In this document: one piece after another, positions 19,546 through 30,254 of the stretch
Position numbering within the stretch: the stretch's first letter is position 1
How the letters are laid out: every line of letters begins with the position of its first letter
Translations under genes and position numbers: made by a program
Virus record (IMG/VR): IMGVR_UViG_3300014613_000001
Coordinates: 32,001 to 96,000 of that record
DNA from: a virus
Length of the DNA: 64,000 nucleotides
Strand: one strand, 5' to 3'
Notes under the pieces: generated by a model
Databases searched by the model: none
What the model was told of the DNA's origin: nothing
Seen by the model: the letters and a program-made list of their open reading frames with translations, nothing else

Positions 19546-21609
19546 GTGCCCTTTCCGACCACAGACTGGCCTGCCGCGCTAGACGGCGTTCAGATAAGGA
19601 CTGATTTCGTCGACCTCGTCGACGACGATGATTTCAACTATCCTGACGCACAGGTACGTCGCGTTCAGACGTGGCTTGGGATCACAGGGGAGCTCCTGGG
19701 CGATGGTATCGCGGGTGAGGGGCCTGGGGGGATGGTGAGCCCTGTTGCCGACGGTGGAGCGGCCATCGGATTCCAATTTGCCGTTCGTGCTCCATACGCG
19801 CTTGGAGATCTTCTGAGTGTCGGCGACGCCTACGATACCGCTTACACCGAAAAGATGCGGTTAGACAACGCCGGCGGGCTATGGGTTCTCGGAGGTCTGC
19901 AGCTCGGCGTCACGGTAGCCGTGACAGACATCCTTGACGAAGACCTCATGACGTCTGACTCAGCTGTCGCGCTCGCTACCCAGCAGTCCATCAAAGCGTA
20001 TGTGGATAATTCGGGATGGGTTGAGCAGGATGTCTACTACGTGGGGAAGCACGGTTCAGCCCTGAACACCGGGCTGTCAATTGACGAGGCGTTCCTGCTC
20101 ATCAACGACGCCATCGCGGCGGCCGCGGTGTCCGGTAACCCATCGACGGTTTTGGTCTATCCAGGGGTGTACGCGGAACAGGTGCTCATGGCGTCTCCTG
20201 ATATTTCGCTTGTCGGGATTGGATCACCAGGGGATGTGGTGGTCAGCCAGATAGCGAACCCCTCGTTGAGTTTAGGCGCGTCTGATATATCCATCAGAAA
20301 TATCACCTTTGAGAATACATCTGCCGGTGTCGCCAATGCGTGCGATATAACTGTATCACCGCTGGTTGGTGTTCGCATTGCGAACTGCCGATTCGTTTGC
20401 ACCAACGCCGTAGCTATTGCTTGTATGGACTTGTCAGCGGGGACTATCGAGGCTTGGATCGACTCGTGTGAGTTCCTGCAGACTACCACAACACAGAAAG
20501 CGTTCTCGGGTGCTGGTGCTGGATCTGACATTCGGTTTACCAATCCGATATTCCGTGGTCAGGTAGAGTTTGCAGCTGTCGACTTCGATATGGTCGGCGG
20601 AGATGTTATATCGGCGAATATGACGTCGGCGGTGTACATAGGTGCTCCGGGCGGTGCAACTCGTAACGAGTTCCGAGATTGTCGTATGCAATGTACCGGG
20701 GGTACTGGGACCGCGATTTATTACACTTCAGCAACGGCTCCTATCACAGTTCTTGGTGGTCACCTCCAGGGGGCGGCGGCGAGCTATGATATTGATGGCG
20801 GTGCTGTAAACAGTGTTATCAAAGTTTCCGGTGTCAAGATGGACGTTGGCATGTCAGCCAATGTCGATCTCGTGGGCCAAGATCGTCGTGTCGGAGCTTC
20901 CGGCGATATCGACATATACAAAAGTCTTCTCATCGCGATGACGTCGGTCCCTAGCGGATCAGAAGGCGTAGTTCGCCTCATACGGTCACAGACCGTGACG
21001 ACTCTCATGGCCCAGACAACCGGATCTACGGTGCGTGTAATTGGGGATGGGTATACCGTTACCCGGGTCGGTAGCCCGCCATTTTGCACGAACACCAACA
21101 GTTTTCTTGAGGTGCTCAATACAAAGATCGTGGGCGGGGTATTGATCGCGCACAACGGAGCTACGGGCCGTTTCATTGATTGTGATCTAACAGATGGATA
21201 TGTTCGCATAAGCGCGGGGTCGGCAACAACAAAATTGATCCTAATACGCGGAACGTACCAGGGCGGTGTCGGTCTCGCGGCGCTATCTATACAGGACGGT
21301 GACCCGACAATCATAATCAAAGACGCGTGGTTGCGTGGCTCGGCGGGAAATCCAGCGATAATATACACAGTCATCAATGATAATCTGAAGATGGAACGGT
21401 GTACGTTGGTACACGGAAACGGTGTTGGCAGTAACCCGATAACGGATAGCGGTGCTGCCACAGCGTACAGTAGCTACCTATGCGTGAGTCATGACGTGTT
21501 CGACTTGAATTCGGGAGCGTGGCCCTGTGCGTTGACGAACAATGCGGCAGTGAGTGGCAACATCATCACAGGCAATACTCTGTCGGTTGACTTCGGCACT
21601 CAGATGTAG
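19546..21609 (+). CDS. Tailspike-like protein with right-handed beta-helix (pectinesterase/pectate lyase-like)
   Basis: GAGG RBS + GTG; VYYVGKHG..I.DAI..TVLVYPGVYAEQV..ISLVG..IRNITFEN beta-helix entry motif. Confidence 0.7.
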   Translation: MPFPTTDWPAALDGVQIRTDFVDLVDDDDFNYPDAQVRRVQTWLGITGELLGDGIAGEGPGGMVSPVADGGAAIGFQFAVRAPYALGDLLSVGDAYDTAYTEKMRLDNAGGLWVLGGLQLGVTVAVTDILDEDLMTSDSAVALATQQSIKAYVDNSGWVEQDVYYVGKHGSALNTGLSIDEAFLLINDAIAAAAVSGNPSTVLVYPGVYAEQVLMASPDISLVGIGSPGDVVVSQIANPSLSLGASDISIRNITFENTSAGVANACDITVSPLVGVRIANCRFVCTNAVAIACMDLSAGTIEAWIDSCEFLQTTTTQKAFSGAGAGSDIRFTNPIFRGQVEFAAVDFDMVGGDVISANMTSAVYIGAPGGATRNEFRDCRMQCTGGTGTAIYYTSATAPITVLGGHLQGAAASYDIDGGAVNSVIKVSGVKMDVGMSANVDLVGQDRRVGASGDIDIYKSLLIAMTSVPSGSEGVVRLIRSQTVTTLMAQTTGSTVRVIGDGYTVTRVGSPPFCTNTNSFLEVLNTKIVGGVLIAHNGATGRFIDCDLTDGYVRISAGSATTKLILIRGTYQGGVGLAALSIQDGDPTIIIKDAWLRGSAGNPAIIYTVINDNLKMERCTLVHGNGVGSNPITDSGAATAYSSYLCVSHDVFDLNSGAWPCALTNNAAVSGNIITGNTLSVDFGTQM

Positions 21610-21626
21610 GCTCGGAGGATCCTCTA

Positions 21627-24600
21627 ATGGGTACATACGGACTGTTTCTTTACGGAGGGGGGCACTACGGTACTTCTACGCTTCCTGTGTCCGTTCCCTG
21701 GGATATCTTCGATTTTTGCGAACCAACCGACGCGACCATGTTGCTGCTTCTCAGCTTTCCGGAGGTCACGGCAGCTCGATTCGGAGGTGTGTTCTCCTGG
21801 TTCAACGTCTCGAACGACTACTGTATGTACAGCGACGACGGTGTGGATTCGGGGATCAGGATTGACTTGTCTATCCCGAGCAACACCTACAGCCTTCAGT
21901 TCTCGATCCTCCCGACCTCTCTTCCTGATGATTTCTCGGCGCTCGCAACGAATCGTGTGTTCTTCGGGCTCTTCAACCCGTTCGGCGGAACAATCGGTCT
22001 CTATCTTTCGGAGAATGGCGGTATCGCACTTGGCGATGGAAGCGGCACCTGTACGGCGTTTGTGGACTCTGCGGACATCTTCAATGAGGGGTTGGACTAC
22101 TACACCTTCCGTGTGACGGTAAGCGAGGCTGACGGGCGCGCGAACCTGTACGTGACACGGCAGGATGTGTTGGCTTCTACGGGTGTCCACGAGCTCCGAT
22201 ACACCTTCAACCCGCTCGCTACACCAGGGGGTGAATCCGACAACATCCGTATCGAGATCGTCGGTACAGTTGCTGATCCGGCTGAGATCTGCCTCGATTG
22301 CTTCCGCTTTTCCTCTGCTGAGGTCATTTCCGGCACACGCCGGCCGGTTGCAGTCATTGATGACGATCAGGCTCGAACTCTCAATCAGTACGGTTACTTT
22401 GATGGTCGGGGCAGCTATGATCCGGACACGCCGCCGCAGCCTCTCACCTACAACTGGACGCTCGAGGACGCCCCAGAGAGTTCGAGCCTGTGGCTCACTG
22501 GCGCCGGGACGACTCCAGTCGACGTAAGCGGTTACACGAACATCATCAACGGCGCCGCCGGTGTCTTCGATTCGGTGGTCGAGGGCGATCTTGCGGTGGG
22601 TGATGTCGGATCCTCACCTGTGATGCGCGTGGCCTCTGACGGGAGCTGGATAGCGCTGGTCAATGACGTCATGGCGGCTAACACCACCGTGACGTGGAGG
22701 ATCTTGCAGCAATCGTGCTGGGGCGGGGCTCGGATCACCGGTCTCGTGATGGAGGACGTGCTCGATAGGCTGAATGTTCCGCCCGGGATGCCGACGGCAG
22801 CGGATGCCTACCTTGTGATAGCGGTGGCGGCAGGTCTGTGGGCCGGACACGAGGGGGAGATCGCTACCTGGAGCGGGGCTGCGTGGGTGTTCACGACTCC
22901 TGCGGTCGGGCAGATGGTCTTCGTCATCTCCGAGCTCGAGTCCTACAGAACAGACGGTGGAGCTCCGGCTCTGTGGTACGTGTCGGACCCCTATCCGTGG
23001 GAGCTCGACTACTGGGAGGGCCGCAGTCTCTCCGTAGGCGTCATCCTCGGAGATATCATCGGTCTGTACACCGTGTCGTTGGTTGTCAGCGATTCTGTGC
23101 GGATCAGTATCCCAGCCGAAGCGCTGCTGAACCTCTACCAGAACAACATTCCGCTCGGTCTGACACCCGATCTGAGCTTCATTTGGGGCTATCTCTCGGA
23201 TTTTTGGCCGTTGGTGGAGAATCGAGAGCGGGTGACGACGGTGTGGTCGGCGATAGCTCAGCTGGGAGCGGATGAGCTCATGAAGCTGTGGCAGAACGAC
23301 TACAGCAAGAGCATCATGGACATCCAGCGCCTGTTCCAGCGCCGGTGGTTGAACTTCGATCCCTGGTACGAAGAGCCGGCGTACGATACTGACCCGGCTA
23401 CGATCGAGAATGCTGTCGTAGATGGTGGGTACGCGTCGATCCCGACACCTGTGCCTGTTGTTGGTGATCTCGCCGTAGATGCTGAACATACCTACGTGCT
23501 GGATGCCGGGGATATGCCGTCCGGAGTGACGAGTGTGCACTATCTCGTCCTTGACGGGATCGCGTACCGCATTGCACGAACGAGAGGCGACAGTGTCATC
23601 ACGTCGGATGTGTTGTCGACCACGGACCGCTCAAATCACTGGATGGTCAAGCCGTCTGTGACGTCGAAGACGCTGAATTTCAGCAGCCTTGGCGTGGCCG
23701 CTGGCGATTCCGCTGTTTTTGAGATCAGGTACGACGGAGACACGGTTGAGGAGATCCCGACGTATATCTGGGGCGTCCGTGGTTCGACGCTCATCTTTGA
23801 GGATCGACTCGTCTCGGCATACATCTCTGATGACGACTATGAGATTTATTTCAAGGGGGTACTGCGCCGAAGTGTGCTGGCTGTGGACGACCTCGTCGTG
23901 GGTGTCCCGCGACTCCAAGAGGTCATCAACATCAATGGCGTCGACGGCGCGCCGGCCGCTCTTATCGAAGGGAACGATTTTCGTGTTGAGGTGGTGACGA
24001 CGATCGAGGAGGTTGAGGTCAACACCATTCAGATGCTGGACACGTGGTTTCCAGTCGTGATGCGCGGATACGCGGGCGCCACGATCAACCCGAATCACGA
24101 GTACTTCGATGACGCGACGGTGGACTTCGAAGTCGAGTTCGGTGTCGGAGCTGATCTGCGCGGGTATGTCCTCGAGCTCTCCGGCGTGAGCTATCGGTTG
24201 TACCAGGTCGTCAGCGCTACTCGGATAGAGCTCGAGGATTCAGCGTTGCAGACGGTTCCGGCGCTGGCTGGTGAGCGGTGGAAGATCAGGAGTATCAGCG
24301 ATCCACCGGATGTTCTGTGGGCCGAGGTCACGTACCTGGATAACCGCCCAGCGATCGAGACTTTCGGGAAGCTGGTCGGCTTCACTCTCGATGATCTTGA
24401 GGCACGGACCGGCGATCTCGACTATCTCTCAGCAGTGCAGGGGCTCTGGTACTACGTGTGGGGTGCGAGGACCCTCTACAGGACCCGTGTGGGGAGCCAG
24501 ATCATCCTTGGTCTGCCGTTCGCAGAGTCGGCCGGCACCATCACAGAGATTCGTGATCCTTTTGACGCCACACGGTCTCGTATTGTGATCCAGGATACAG

Positions 24601-25919
24601 ACAATCTGGCCATCTATCGGACCTACCTGTACCCAACTGACCTGGGCATCGCGACGAACCCAGACACGAGCGCCGACTACACGACCGGAGATGTGGTTGA
24701 GCGCTTTGCCCCCCTTTCGGGTGGTGTGACGGTCACGGATTATGTGGACGATCCTGACTGGTTCTCGGTATTTGTAGGCTCTGGCGACTTCTATGAGCCC
24801 GAGAAGCTGCACAGGTGGGGTGTCATCGTCGACGCCGACGCTTTTGATCTCGTCAATTTGCTGTTCCTGATCAGCTATCTTCGCTTCTACAAGCCAAAGC
24901 ACACGGATCCGTTCTTCGCGGTGGTCAAAGAAGTCGCGGAGATCATAGATGTCGCTGATCCAGTTCTCATGGGCCCGATGCCCCCGGTGGGCTACACATA
25001 CCCCGATTCGTGGAACCCCTACACGTACCCTCCGTCGTGGGCAGATTCTCCTCATGAGGTCACACGCGCAGCCATCACGAGTCACTACCCGACGACGCCT
25101 CCTGTCCCAACCTACTCTGCCGAGTTCGGGGGTCTGCGGCTGAGTGATGCCCCCGCTCTATGCCCGGACGGGTGGGCACACCCCTGGGTCGGGCCCCCTG
25201 GACCTGCAGAGGCCTCGTGGCTCGACGGTCATCTTCATGCTGCTACGAGAAGCGAGGGCTCGTTCAGGTACGATGAGACCGATGAGAGCGGACATCCTAT
25301 CCATCGGTTTGACGATCATCTGGCATCAGTGAACTTGTGTCTGGATGATGACATGGAGGATGGTCTGGCGCCCGGGGCTCCTGGCAGCCCGTGGGCACTG
25401 AACGATGTCGGTGGGTTGGGGCTCGCCATCACCGCGATCAAGTCGAACGCCCAGAATCACACGGTGCTGGGGGCAGATTCCCTGTACATCACATCTCTCG
25501 GAACTCATACGGGTGTGGAGCAGGTGCTTGCAGGAGCTATCGACACAGGTTTTCAGGTCACGGCAAGGTTCTGGGTGTACCGCACCTGGGGTCAGGCGTA
25601 TTTCCGTCTACTTGATCAAGACAACCCGCAGACGGTGTTGGCGGAGTGGCGGCACGGAACACACTATGCTCAGTGGCATCAGATTACGCTGCATGCTTGG
25701 TCGGTCAGTGCCCAAGCCGTCAACAACATCACGATCCAGATGCTCACTGGTCCCGCGGGAGGGACTTTCTACGTGGACGACATCGAGATATGTGAGAAGC
25801 TGATGCCATGGAATCAGTGGGGTTACGATAAGCAGGTTTGCGGGCGTACAGGGAACTACACGTTCGGTGGATCACCTGACGAAGACCTCACTTTACAACT
25901 TGCGATACCGGTGCCCTGA
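21627..25919 (+). CDS. Large tail/baseplate protein with PKD-like and DUF2793-like segments
   Basis: FDGRGSYDPD..LTYNWTL (PKD); AYLVIAVAAGLWAGHEGEIATWSGAAWVF (DUF2793-like); C-terminal carbohydrate-binding-like sandwich. Confidence 0.6.
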   Translation: MGTYGLFLYGGGHYGTSTLPVSVPWDIFDFCEPTDATMLLLLSFPEVTAARFGGVFSWFNVSNDYCMYSDDGVDSGIRIDLSIPSNTYSLQFSILPTSLPDDFSALATNRVFFGLFNPFGGTIGLYLSENGGIALGDGSGTCTAFVDSADIFNEGLDYYTFRVTVSEADGRANLYVTRQDVLASTGVHELRYTFNPLATPGGESDNIRIEIVGTVADPAEICLDCFRFSSAEVISGTRRPVAVIDDDQARTLNQYGYFDGRGSYDPDTPPQPLTYNWTLEDAPESSSLWLTGAGTTPVDVSGYTNIINGAAGVFDSVVEGDLAVGDVGSSPVMRVASDGSWIALVNDVMAANTTVTWRILQQSCWGGARITGLVMEDVLDRLNVPPGMPTAADAYLVIAVAAGLWAGHEGEIATWSGAAWVFTTPAVGQMVFVISELESYRTDGGAPALWYVSDPYPWELDYWEGRSLSVGVILGDIIGLYTVSLVVSDSVRISIPAEALLNLYQNNIPLGLTPDLSFIWGYLSDFWPLVENRERVTTVWSAIAQLGADELMKLWQNDYSKSIMDIQRLFQRRWLNFDPWYEEPAYDTDPATIENAVVDGGYASIPTPVPVVGDLAVDAEHTYVLDAGDMPSGVTSVHYLVLDGIAYRIARTRGDSVITSDVLSTTDRSNHWMVKPSVTSKTLNFSSLGVAAGDSAVFEIRYDGDTVEEIPTYIWGVRGSTLIFEDRLVSAYISDDDYEIYFKGVLRRSVLAVDDLVVGVPRLQEVININGVDGAPAALIEGNDFRVEVVTTIEEVEVNTIQMLDTWFPVVMRGYAGATINPNHEYFDDATVDFEVEFGVGADLRGYVLELSGVSYRLYQVVSATRIELEDSALQTVPALAGERWKIRSISDPPDVLWAEVTYLDNRPAIETFGKLVGFTLDDLEARTGDLDYLSAVQGLWYYVWGARTLYRTRVGSQIILGLPFAESAGTITEIRDPFDATRSRIVIQDTDNLAIYRTYLYPTDLGIATNPDTSADYTTGDVVERFAPLSGGVTVTDYVDDPDWFSVFVGSGDFYEPEKLHRWGVIVDADAFDLVNLLFLISYLRFYKPKHTDPFFAVVKEVAEIIDVADPVLMGPMPPVGYTYPDSWNPYTYPPSWADSPHEVTRAAITSHYPTTPPVPTYSAEFGGLRLSDAPALCPDGWAHPWVGPPGPAEASWLDGHLHAATRSEGSFRYDETDESGHPIHRFDDHLASVNLCLDDDMEDGLAPGAPGSPWALNDVGGLGLAITAIKSNAQNHTVLGADSLYITSLGTHTGVEQVLAGAIDTGFQVTARFWVYRTWGQAYFRLLDQDNPQTVLAEWRHGTHYAQWHQITLHAWSVSAQAVNNITIQMLTGPAGGTFYVDDIEICEKLMPWNQWGYDKQVCGRTGNYTFGGSPDEDLTLQLAIPVP

Positions 25920-26227
25920 TGGCTGCGATACCGAAATACGACTCTGGTTGGTGCTTCGACGCAGCGAATGCGCCGGACCCACAACGGCTCGCCGGCCCAG
26001 CTCCGGGGCCGCTTCCACCTGCTGATTGGACGGCCCCGGGTGTGTCTATCACCCCGTGGTACGGCCCCTACGGCCCTACTGTGGACACGTGGAAGGCAGC
26101 TACGGGGCACGGAGCGGGCTACGGAGCGGTGGCGACACCTACGTTGAGCTGGAGATTTGACCAAGCTCTACCAACCGGGTGGTATACTAGGATCACACGG
26201 AGTAAGAAGTACTCGGGGTTGCAATGA
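25919..26227 (+). CDS. Hypothetical Pro/Gly/Trp-rich protein
   Basis: 102 aa, coupled by TGATG and ATGA overlaps. Confidence 0.55.
   Translation: MAAIPKYDSGWCFDAANAPDPQRLAGPAPGPLPPADWTAPGVSITPWYGPYGPTVDTWKAATGHGAGYGAVATPTLSWRFDQALPTGWYTRITRSKKYSGLQ
26182..26193 (+). promoter_or_regulatory. Candidate late-promoter motif GTATACTAGGAT (second copy)
   Basis: Exact match to 19519-19530; 30 nt upstream of ATG 26224. Confidence 0.4.
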
Positions 26228-26967
26228 ACTTTTCGGAAAAGATCAAAGTCGTAGAGCGAGCGCAGCTCAACAGAGGACCCCGTGGAGGTCGCCGGTCCCC
26301 AATCATGGGGCTGGATCCGACTGGCGAGTCCAATGTTCGCATCCGGCTGATCGACCCTAAGACGGGTCGTGTGGCTGAGGAGCGGACGAGTCACAACATC
26401 TTCGTCGACTACGGTCGGGATTGGCTGGCGCACCTTTGCTCCTATGACACGGGGTACACTCACTTTCGAGAAGATCGACCTCGGTACATGGCGTTCGGTA
26501 TCGGCGGAACCAGTCAGCTCATCGCACCCGCGGTCATCCGAGCAGCTCATGCTGCCTGGGCTGGGTTTACGGATGACTGGGCGATCCCAGCTCCCGGCGC
26601 TGGTACCACGGGCCCGCTGCAGACCGATGTCGATCCGACCATCACGGCCATGGAGTGGCCAGTTGAGGTGACGCTCGGCAACTACTACGACCCCATCTCG
26701 GCGCCTGCTACGTTTCCCGCAACAGGGATTGTGCGTTTTACTTCGGTCCTCGGTATCAACGAGGTGAGCTTCGGCGCCTATGCCAGCGTCCCGTTGTCAG
26801 AGATCGCGCTCATTACGTCGGGGATCGTGGGTTCGACCGCCAATCCTCCGGTGATCCATGGTGCGCTACCGGCAGAGAAGTTCATGGTGGCCTATAACAC
26901 CTTCGATACGATCTCGAAGACTTCAGCTTTCGTGCTCCAGGCGGACTGGGAGCTCAGATTCTCGTAG
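26224..26967 (+). CDS. Tail-collar/baseplate fibre attachment-like protein
   Basis: HNIFVDYGRDWLA..YMAFGIGG..LSEIALI..YNTFDTISKT..WELRF pattern typical of myophage tail-collar fibre N-terminal family proteins. Confidence 0.6.
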   Translation: MNFSEKIKVVERAQLNRGPRGGRRSPIMGLDPTGESNVRIRLIDPKTGRVAEERTSHNIFVDYGRDWLAHLCSYDTGYTHFREDRPRYMAFGIGGTSQLIAPAVIRAAHAAWAGFTDDWAIPAPGAGTTGPLQTDVDPTITAMEWPVEVTLGNYYDPISAPATFPATGIVRFTSVLGINEVSFGAYASVPLSEIALITSGIVGSTANPPVIHGALPAEKFMVAYNTFDTISKTSAFVLQADWELRFS

Positions 26968-26976
26968 GAGTGATCA

Positions 26977-29382
26977 ATGACGTTCAGAACTTCGGCCATT
27001 CTGCTTGACACGTGTGATGCGGATACCGGTGACACTCCGACCAAGAATGTGGGATGTCGATTCATTGGTCAGTTCGAGGAAGCCACGACCGCGATCGCAA
27101 ACAGAGGTCCGCTCGCGCTGTCACAGAACACGGATCACCTCTATGGGACGAGAGGGTGGGACGCCGTTTGCGGTCCGGCAGGGGATTTGAACTGCGACTA
27201 CGCCGGCGATGATTCGCTCATGACCGCATTAGCAGCACTCGGGGACGGATGTCGCATCTATGTAAAGCCGGGGACATACACTCCTACAGCATCAATAGTG
27301 ATCAATGGGAACGGTGTGACGATAGTCGGAGGCTCTCGATCTGACGGAGCTGTCGGTTCTGTCTTGTTCGATATGTCCGGAGGGGCGTTCGATTTTCAGT
27401 TCACAGGTGTGTGCATAGCAGTTCAGGGATTGGATATCGCCTTTGGGGGAGCTGGCGGGGATCTGCTTATCACTAGCGATCTAAATCGTCTGGTTCTGGT
27501 GTCGGTCACAGGAGAGACACTGAACACTATTGCTGGCAGTGAGAATCTCATTGAAAACTGTAGCTTGGGTATTTCGGCTGACATTACGTTGGCGGGAGAC
27601 GAGAATATCGTTCGTCGGAATCGTATCCACAATAGCATCGTTATGTCTGGGAACGACAACCACGTTCACGACAACGACATCAACGGGGCCGTGACGGTGA
27701 CCGGTGATCGGTCGATCGTTGAGATGTGTGATATCGACGGTGTTCTGGATTGTGACGGAGCGAATCGTTGTTCTTTCCGTAACTTGACCGTGGGAGTTGG
27801 TGCTCGGGGGATTCATATCCACAACGCATGTGAGTTCCTCAACTTCCAGAACATCCGTGTACTGCTCGAATCCGTGGATGATTCCAACCCCTCCATCGAG
27901 ATCTATTCAGGGACGGACTGTTCTTTCAGCAATATAGAGGTCGAGGCGGGTGCCGCTGGGCCGACTCAGGTGAGCCTGTACATCCGAGCTTCGGAGCGGA
28001 TCTCGTTCAAGGACAGTGTCATCGCGGCCTACGATACTTATGCGCTACATCTTGAGCGTGACAGCTCCCTCGTGGAATTCGACAACGTCAAGTTTTCAGG
28101 ACGTGGGCAGGTCATCGAAACTTATGATGGCGGCGCGGGTGTGGCCAATAACACCAATGCAGCATTTCGTAATTGTCATGTTTACAATACCGGTGTAGCG
28201 CATAATTCACATTTGGCGAGCTTTATCGCCAGGGATGACTACACTGGTCAAAATCCGATAGGGATTGTGCTTGATAACTGTCTCTTTGAAGATCAGAATT
28301 GCTCTTTCTCTAACGGCATCGCTGGTCCCATGGCTCTTCTGTATCTTATTGGGGTAAGTGCCAGAGATATTCAGATTGATTGTTCAACTTCGGTTATGAA
28401 CCAAGACGGTCCTGTTTTGTACATGAAGCAGTCTTGTGCCAGGAGCGTCCATATAGAGACGGGTGTCGGTGCTGGTTTGGCACTGGGTGTGGCTTGCAGT
28501 GAAGGTATCGTAGAGGTTATTGAATCGGAATTGTACGATCTTGTTCTTCAAACACATGGTAGCTGGAAAAAGCCTGCGCTCTATGTGCGCGGTGGAGTTC
28601 CAGTGGTTGATCGTCCGATAAAAACGGCTATCGTCGATGGGGCTACCTTTCCGAGGCAAAACGATTGGTGGAATATCAGCACTGGAGCTGGTGTAGACGG
28701 TAGCAAGGCGCTTCTCGCACAAGTGTTGGACAATGCAGTCGTTCGGCATGTCAAATGGACAGACGACAATGATACACACACGCCTGAGGTTACTGATTGC
28801 CTGTTCACTCTCGAGGGTGACAGTGCAGCGATGGAGGAGTGCTTTATTTATCATGTTGATGGGCAACTAGACTATGTTATCCGAGTCGGTAACACTGGAG
28901 TTCCGGCAGACAATATCCGGATTGCCAATAATTACATTAGGCTTACCGACCCGCGCGCGGGTGGTGTTGCTCTGAAGAATTGTATTCTCTGCGCAGATCC
29001 TACCGGTGCTGACATATCTGAGCATGGGACGATCGAAGGCAATTTCATCCGGTGGGAAGGGGACGGAAACGGCCCCGGGCCGCTTTTGACTGAAGCACCG
29101 ATTTATGTAGGTCTGAACAACTATTTTTGGAAGGTTATCAATAATCACATAGAAGTGAAGGACATCACAGCAGCCGCGGCGGGGCTGACAATGATCTACT
29201 TCGAGTCTCCCCTGTTTCCAGCTGGCGGTGCTGCTGCCGGAGGACAAGCTGGAGGTAGCGCGATCTGTATGGGGAATACCATCCGTAATCTCAATACACT
29301 CGGCGGGAACCTTCTGCCAGCCATCACTGCAACTGGCGGCGTGGTAATTGGAGCCGCACTCAATGTCCTCTGTAACGATTAG
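26977..29382 (+). CDS. Second tailspike-like beta-helix protein
   Basis: IYVKPGTY..IVINGNGVTIVG; NosD-like Asn-rich repeats (ENIVRRNRIHN, NDNHVHDN). Confidence 0.7.
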   Translation: MTFRTSAILLDTCDADTGDTPTKNVGCRFIGQFEEATTAIANRGPLALSQNTDHLYGTRGWDAVCGPAGDLNCDYAGDDSLMTALAALGDGCRIYVKPGTYTPTASIVINGNGVTIVGGSRSDGAVGSVLFDMSGGAFDFQFTGVCIAVQGLDIAFGGAGGDLLITSDLNRLVLVSVTGETLNTIAGSENLIENCSLGISADITLAGDENIVRRNRIHNSIVMSGNDNHVHDNDINGAVTVTGDRSIVEMCDIDGVLDCDGANRCSFRNLTVGVGARGIHIHNACEFLNFQNIRVLLESVDDSNPSIEIYSGTDCSFSNIEVEAGAAGPTQVSLYIRASERISFKDSVIAAYDTYALHLERDSSLVEFDNVKFSGRGQVIETYDGGAGVANNTNAAFRNCHVYNTGVAHNSHLASFIARDDYTGQNPIGIVLDNCLFEDQNCSFSNGIAGPMALLYLIGVSARDIQIDCSTSVMNQDGPVLYMKQSCARSVHIETGVGAGLALGVACSEGIVEVIESELYDLVLQTHGSWKKPALYVRGGVPVVDRPIKTAIVDGATFPRQNDWWNISTGAGVDGSKALLAQVLDNAVVRHVKWTDDNDTHTPEVTDCLFTLEGDSAAMEECFIYHVDGQLDYVIRVGNTGVPADNIRIANNYIRLTDPRAGGVALKNCILCADPTGADISEHGTIEGNFIRWEGDGNGPGPLLTEAPIYVGLNNYFWKVINNHIEVKDITAAAAGLTMIYFESPLFPAGGAAAGGQAGGSAICMGNTIRNLNTLGGNLLPAITATGGVVIGAALNVLCND

Positions 29383-29391
29383 GAGAGTGAG

Positions 29392-29790
29392 ATGGACGAA
29401 ATAGGAACGATCTTCCGTGCGTGGCCTGTGCTGCTTATCGGAGTGCTGGTCTACTTGATCATGTATGCCTTCACGAAGGCCGGGGAGCTGCTGTGGAAGG
29501 TGAAGAAGCTCCGCAAGACCCTGAAGGTGCTGGGCGCCGTCGCCCCGTGGCTTCCCTGGGCATTCGGTGGTGGTCTGGGAGCCATCCCGATCTGGCCGAG
29601 GCCCGGGTTGGTTCTGGAGCTTCCTGACAATCTTCAGGTCTGGGCGATGGTGCTGCTTGGTATCGTGGCCGGAGCTCTGTATGAGCGCATCTGGAAGTCG
29701 GTGAAGCAGGTCTTGGAGGCGCAGGGCATCGATGTCGATCTGGATATGCCACCGAAGGAGCAGACAAGGCTCAAGGAAGCGCTGAAATGA
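29392..29790 (+). CDS. Holin-like membrane protein
   Basis: Three hydrophobic segments and a charged C-terminus; AGGAG RBS. Confidence 0.5.
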   Translation: MDEIGTIFRAWPVLLIGVLVYLIMYAFTKAGELLWKVKKLRKTLKVLGAVAPWLPWAFGGGLGAIPIWPRPGLVLELPDNLQVWAMVLLGIVAGALYERIWKSVKQVLEAQGIDVDLDMPPKEQTRLKEALK

Positions 29791-30254
29791 TCTGGTGGCT
29801 CCCACTAGCGCTGGTGCTCCCGTTCTTTTTTCTGTGGTGCGCCGCCCACGAGGGGGCGCACGCTTTGGGAGCCAAACGCGAGGGGTTGGCTATCAGGGCC
29901 TTCAAGCCCTATCCGCATATGATCGGGACCAGGTTCAACTTCGCCGCGGTCTATTACAGCGGCCCGAGCTCCTCGACCTTCACGAAGATCGCACCCTTTG
30001 TTTTCGATCTGATTGCCTTTGCCCCCTTGGCTGTTCTACTCTTTTTCGTGGAGAACGCGTGGATCTGGACAGTGTTGGCGACGTTGGCTGCCTGTCCGGT
30101 GGTCAATTCAATCATCGCTGTCCAGGGTGCAGTCAGGAGGAACGAGCACGCTGATCTGAGCAAAGCTCCTGCAGGCTGGGCCGTGGTGGTAATGTACTTG
30201 ATCCTCTGCTACGCCGCGACGTTCTCCGTTATTGTGTTCTCGAGGTTCTCATGA
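29787..30254 (+). CDS. M50-like intramembrane zinc metalloprotease
   Basis: HEGAH (HExxH) following a TM helix; several TM segments; candidate third ligand D in NEHADL. Confidence 0.55.
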   Translation: MIWWLPLALVLPFFFLWCAAHEGAHALGAKREGLAIRAFKPYPHMIGTRFNFAAVYYSGPSSSTFTKIAPFVFDLIAFAPLAVLLFFVENAWIWTVLATLAACPVVNSIIAVQGAVRRNEHADLSKAPAGWAVVVMYLILCYAATFSVIVFSRFS

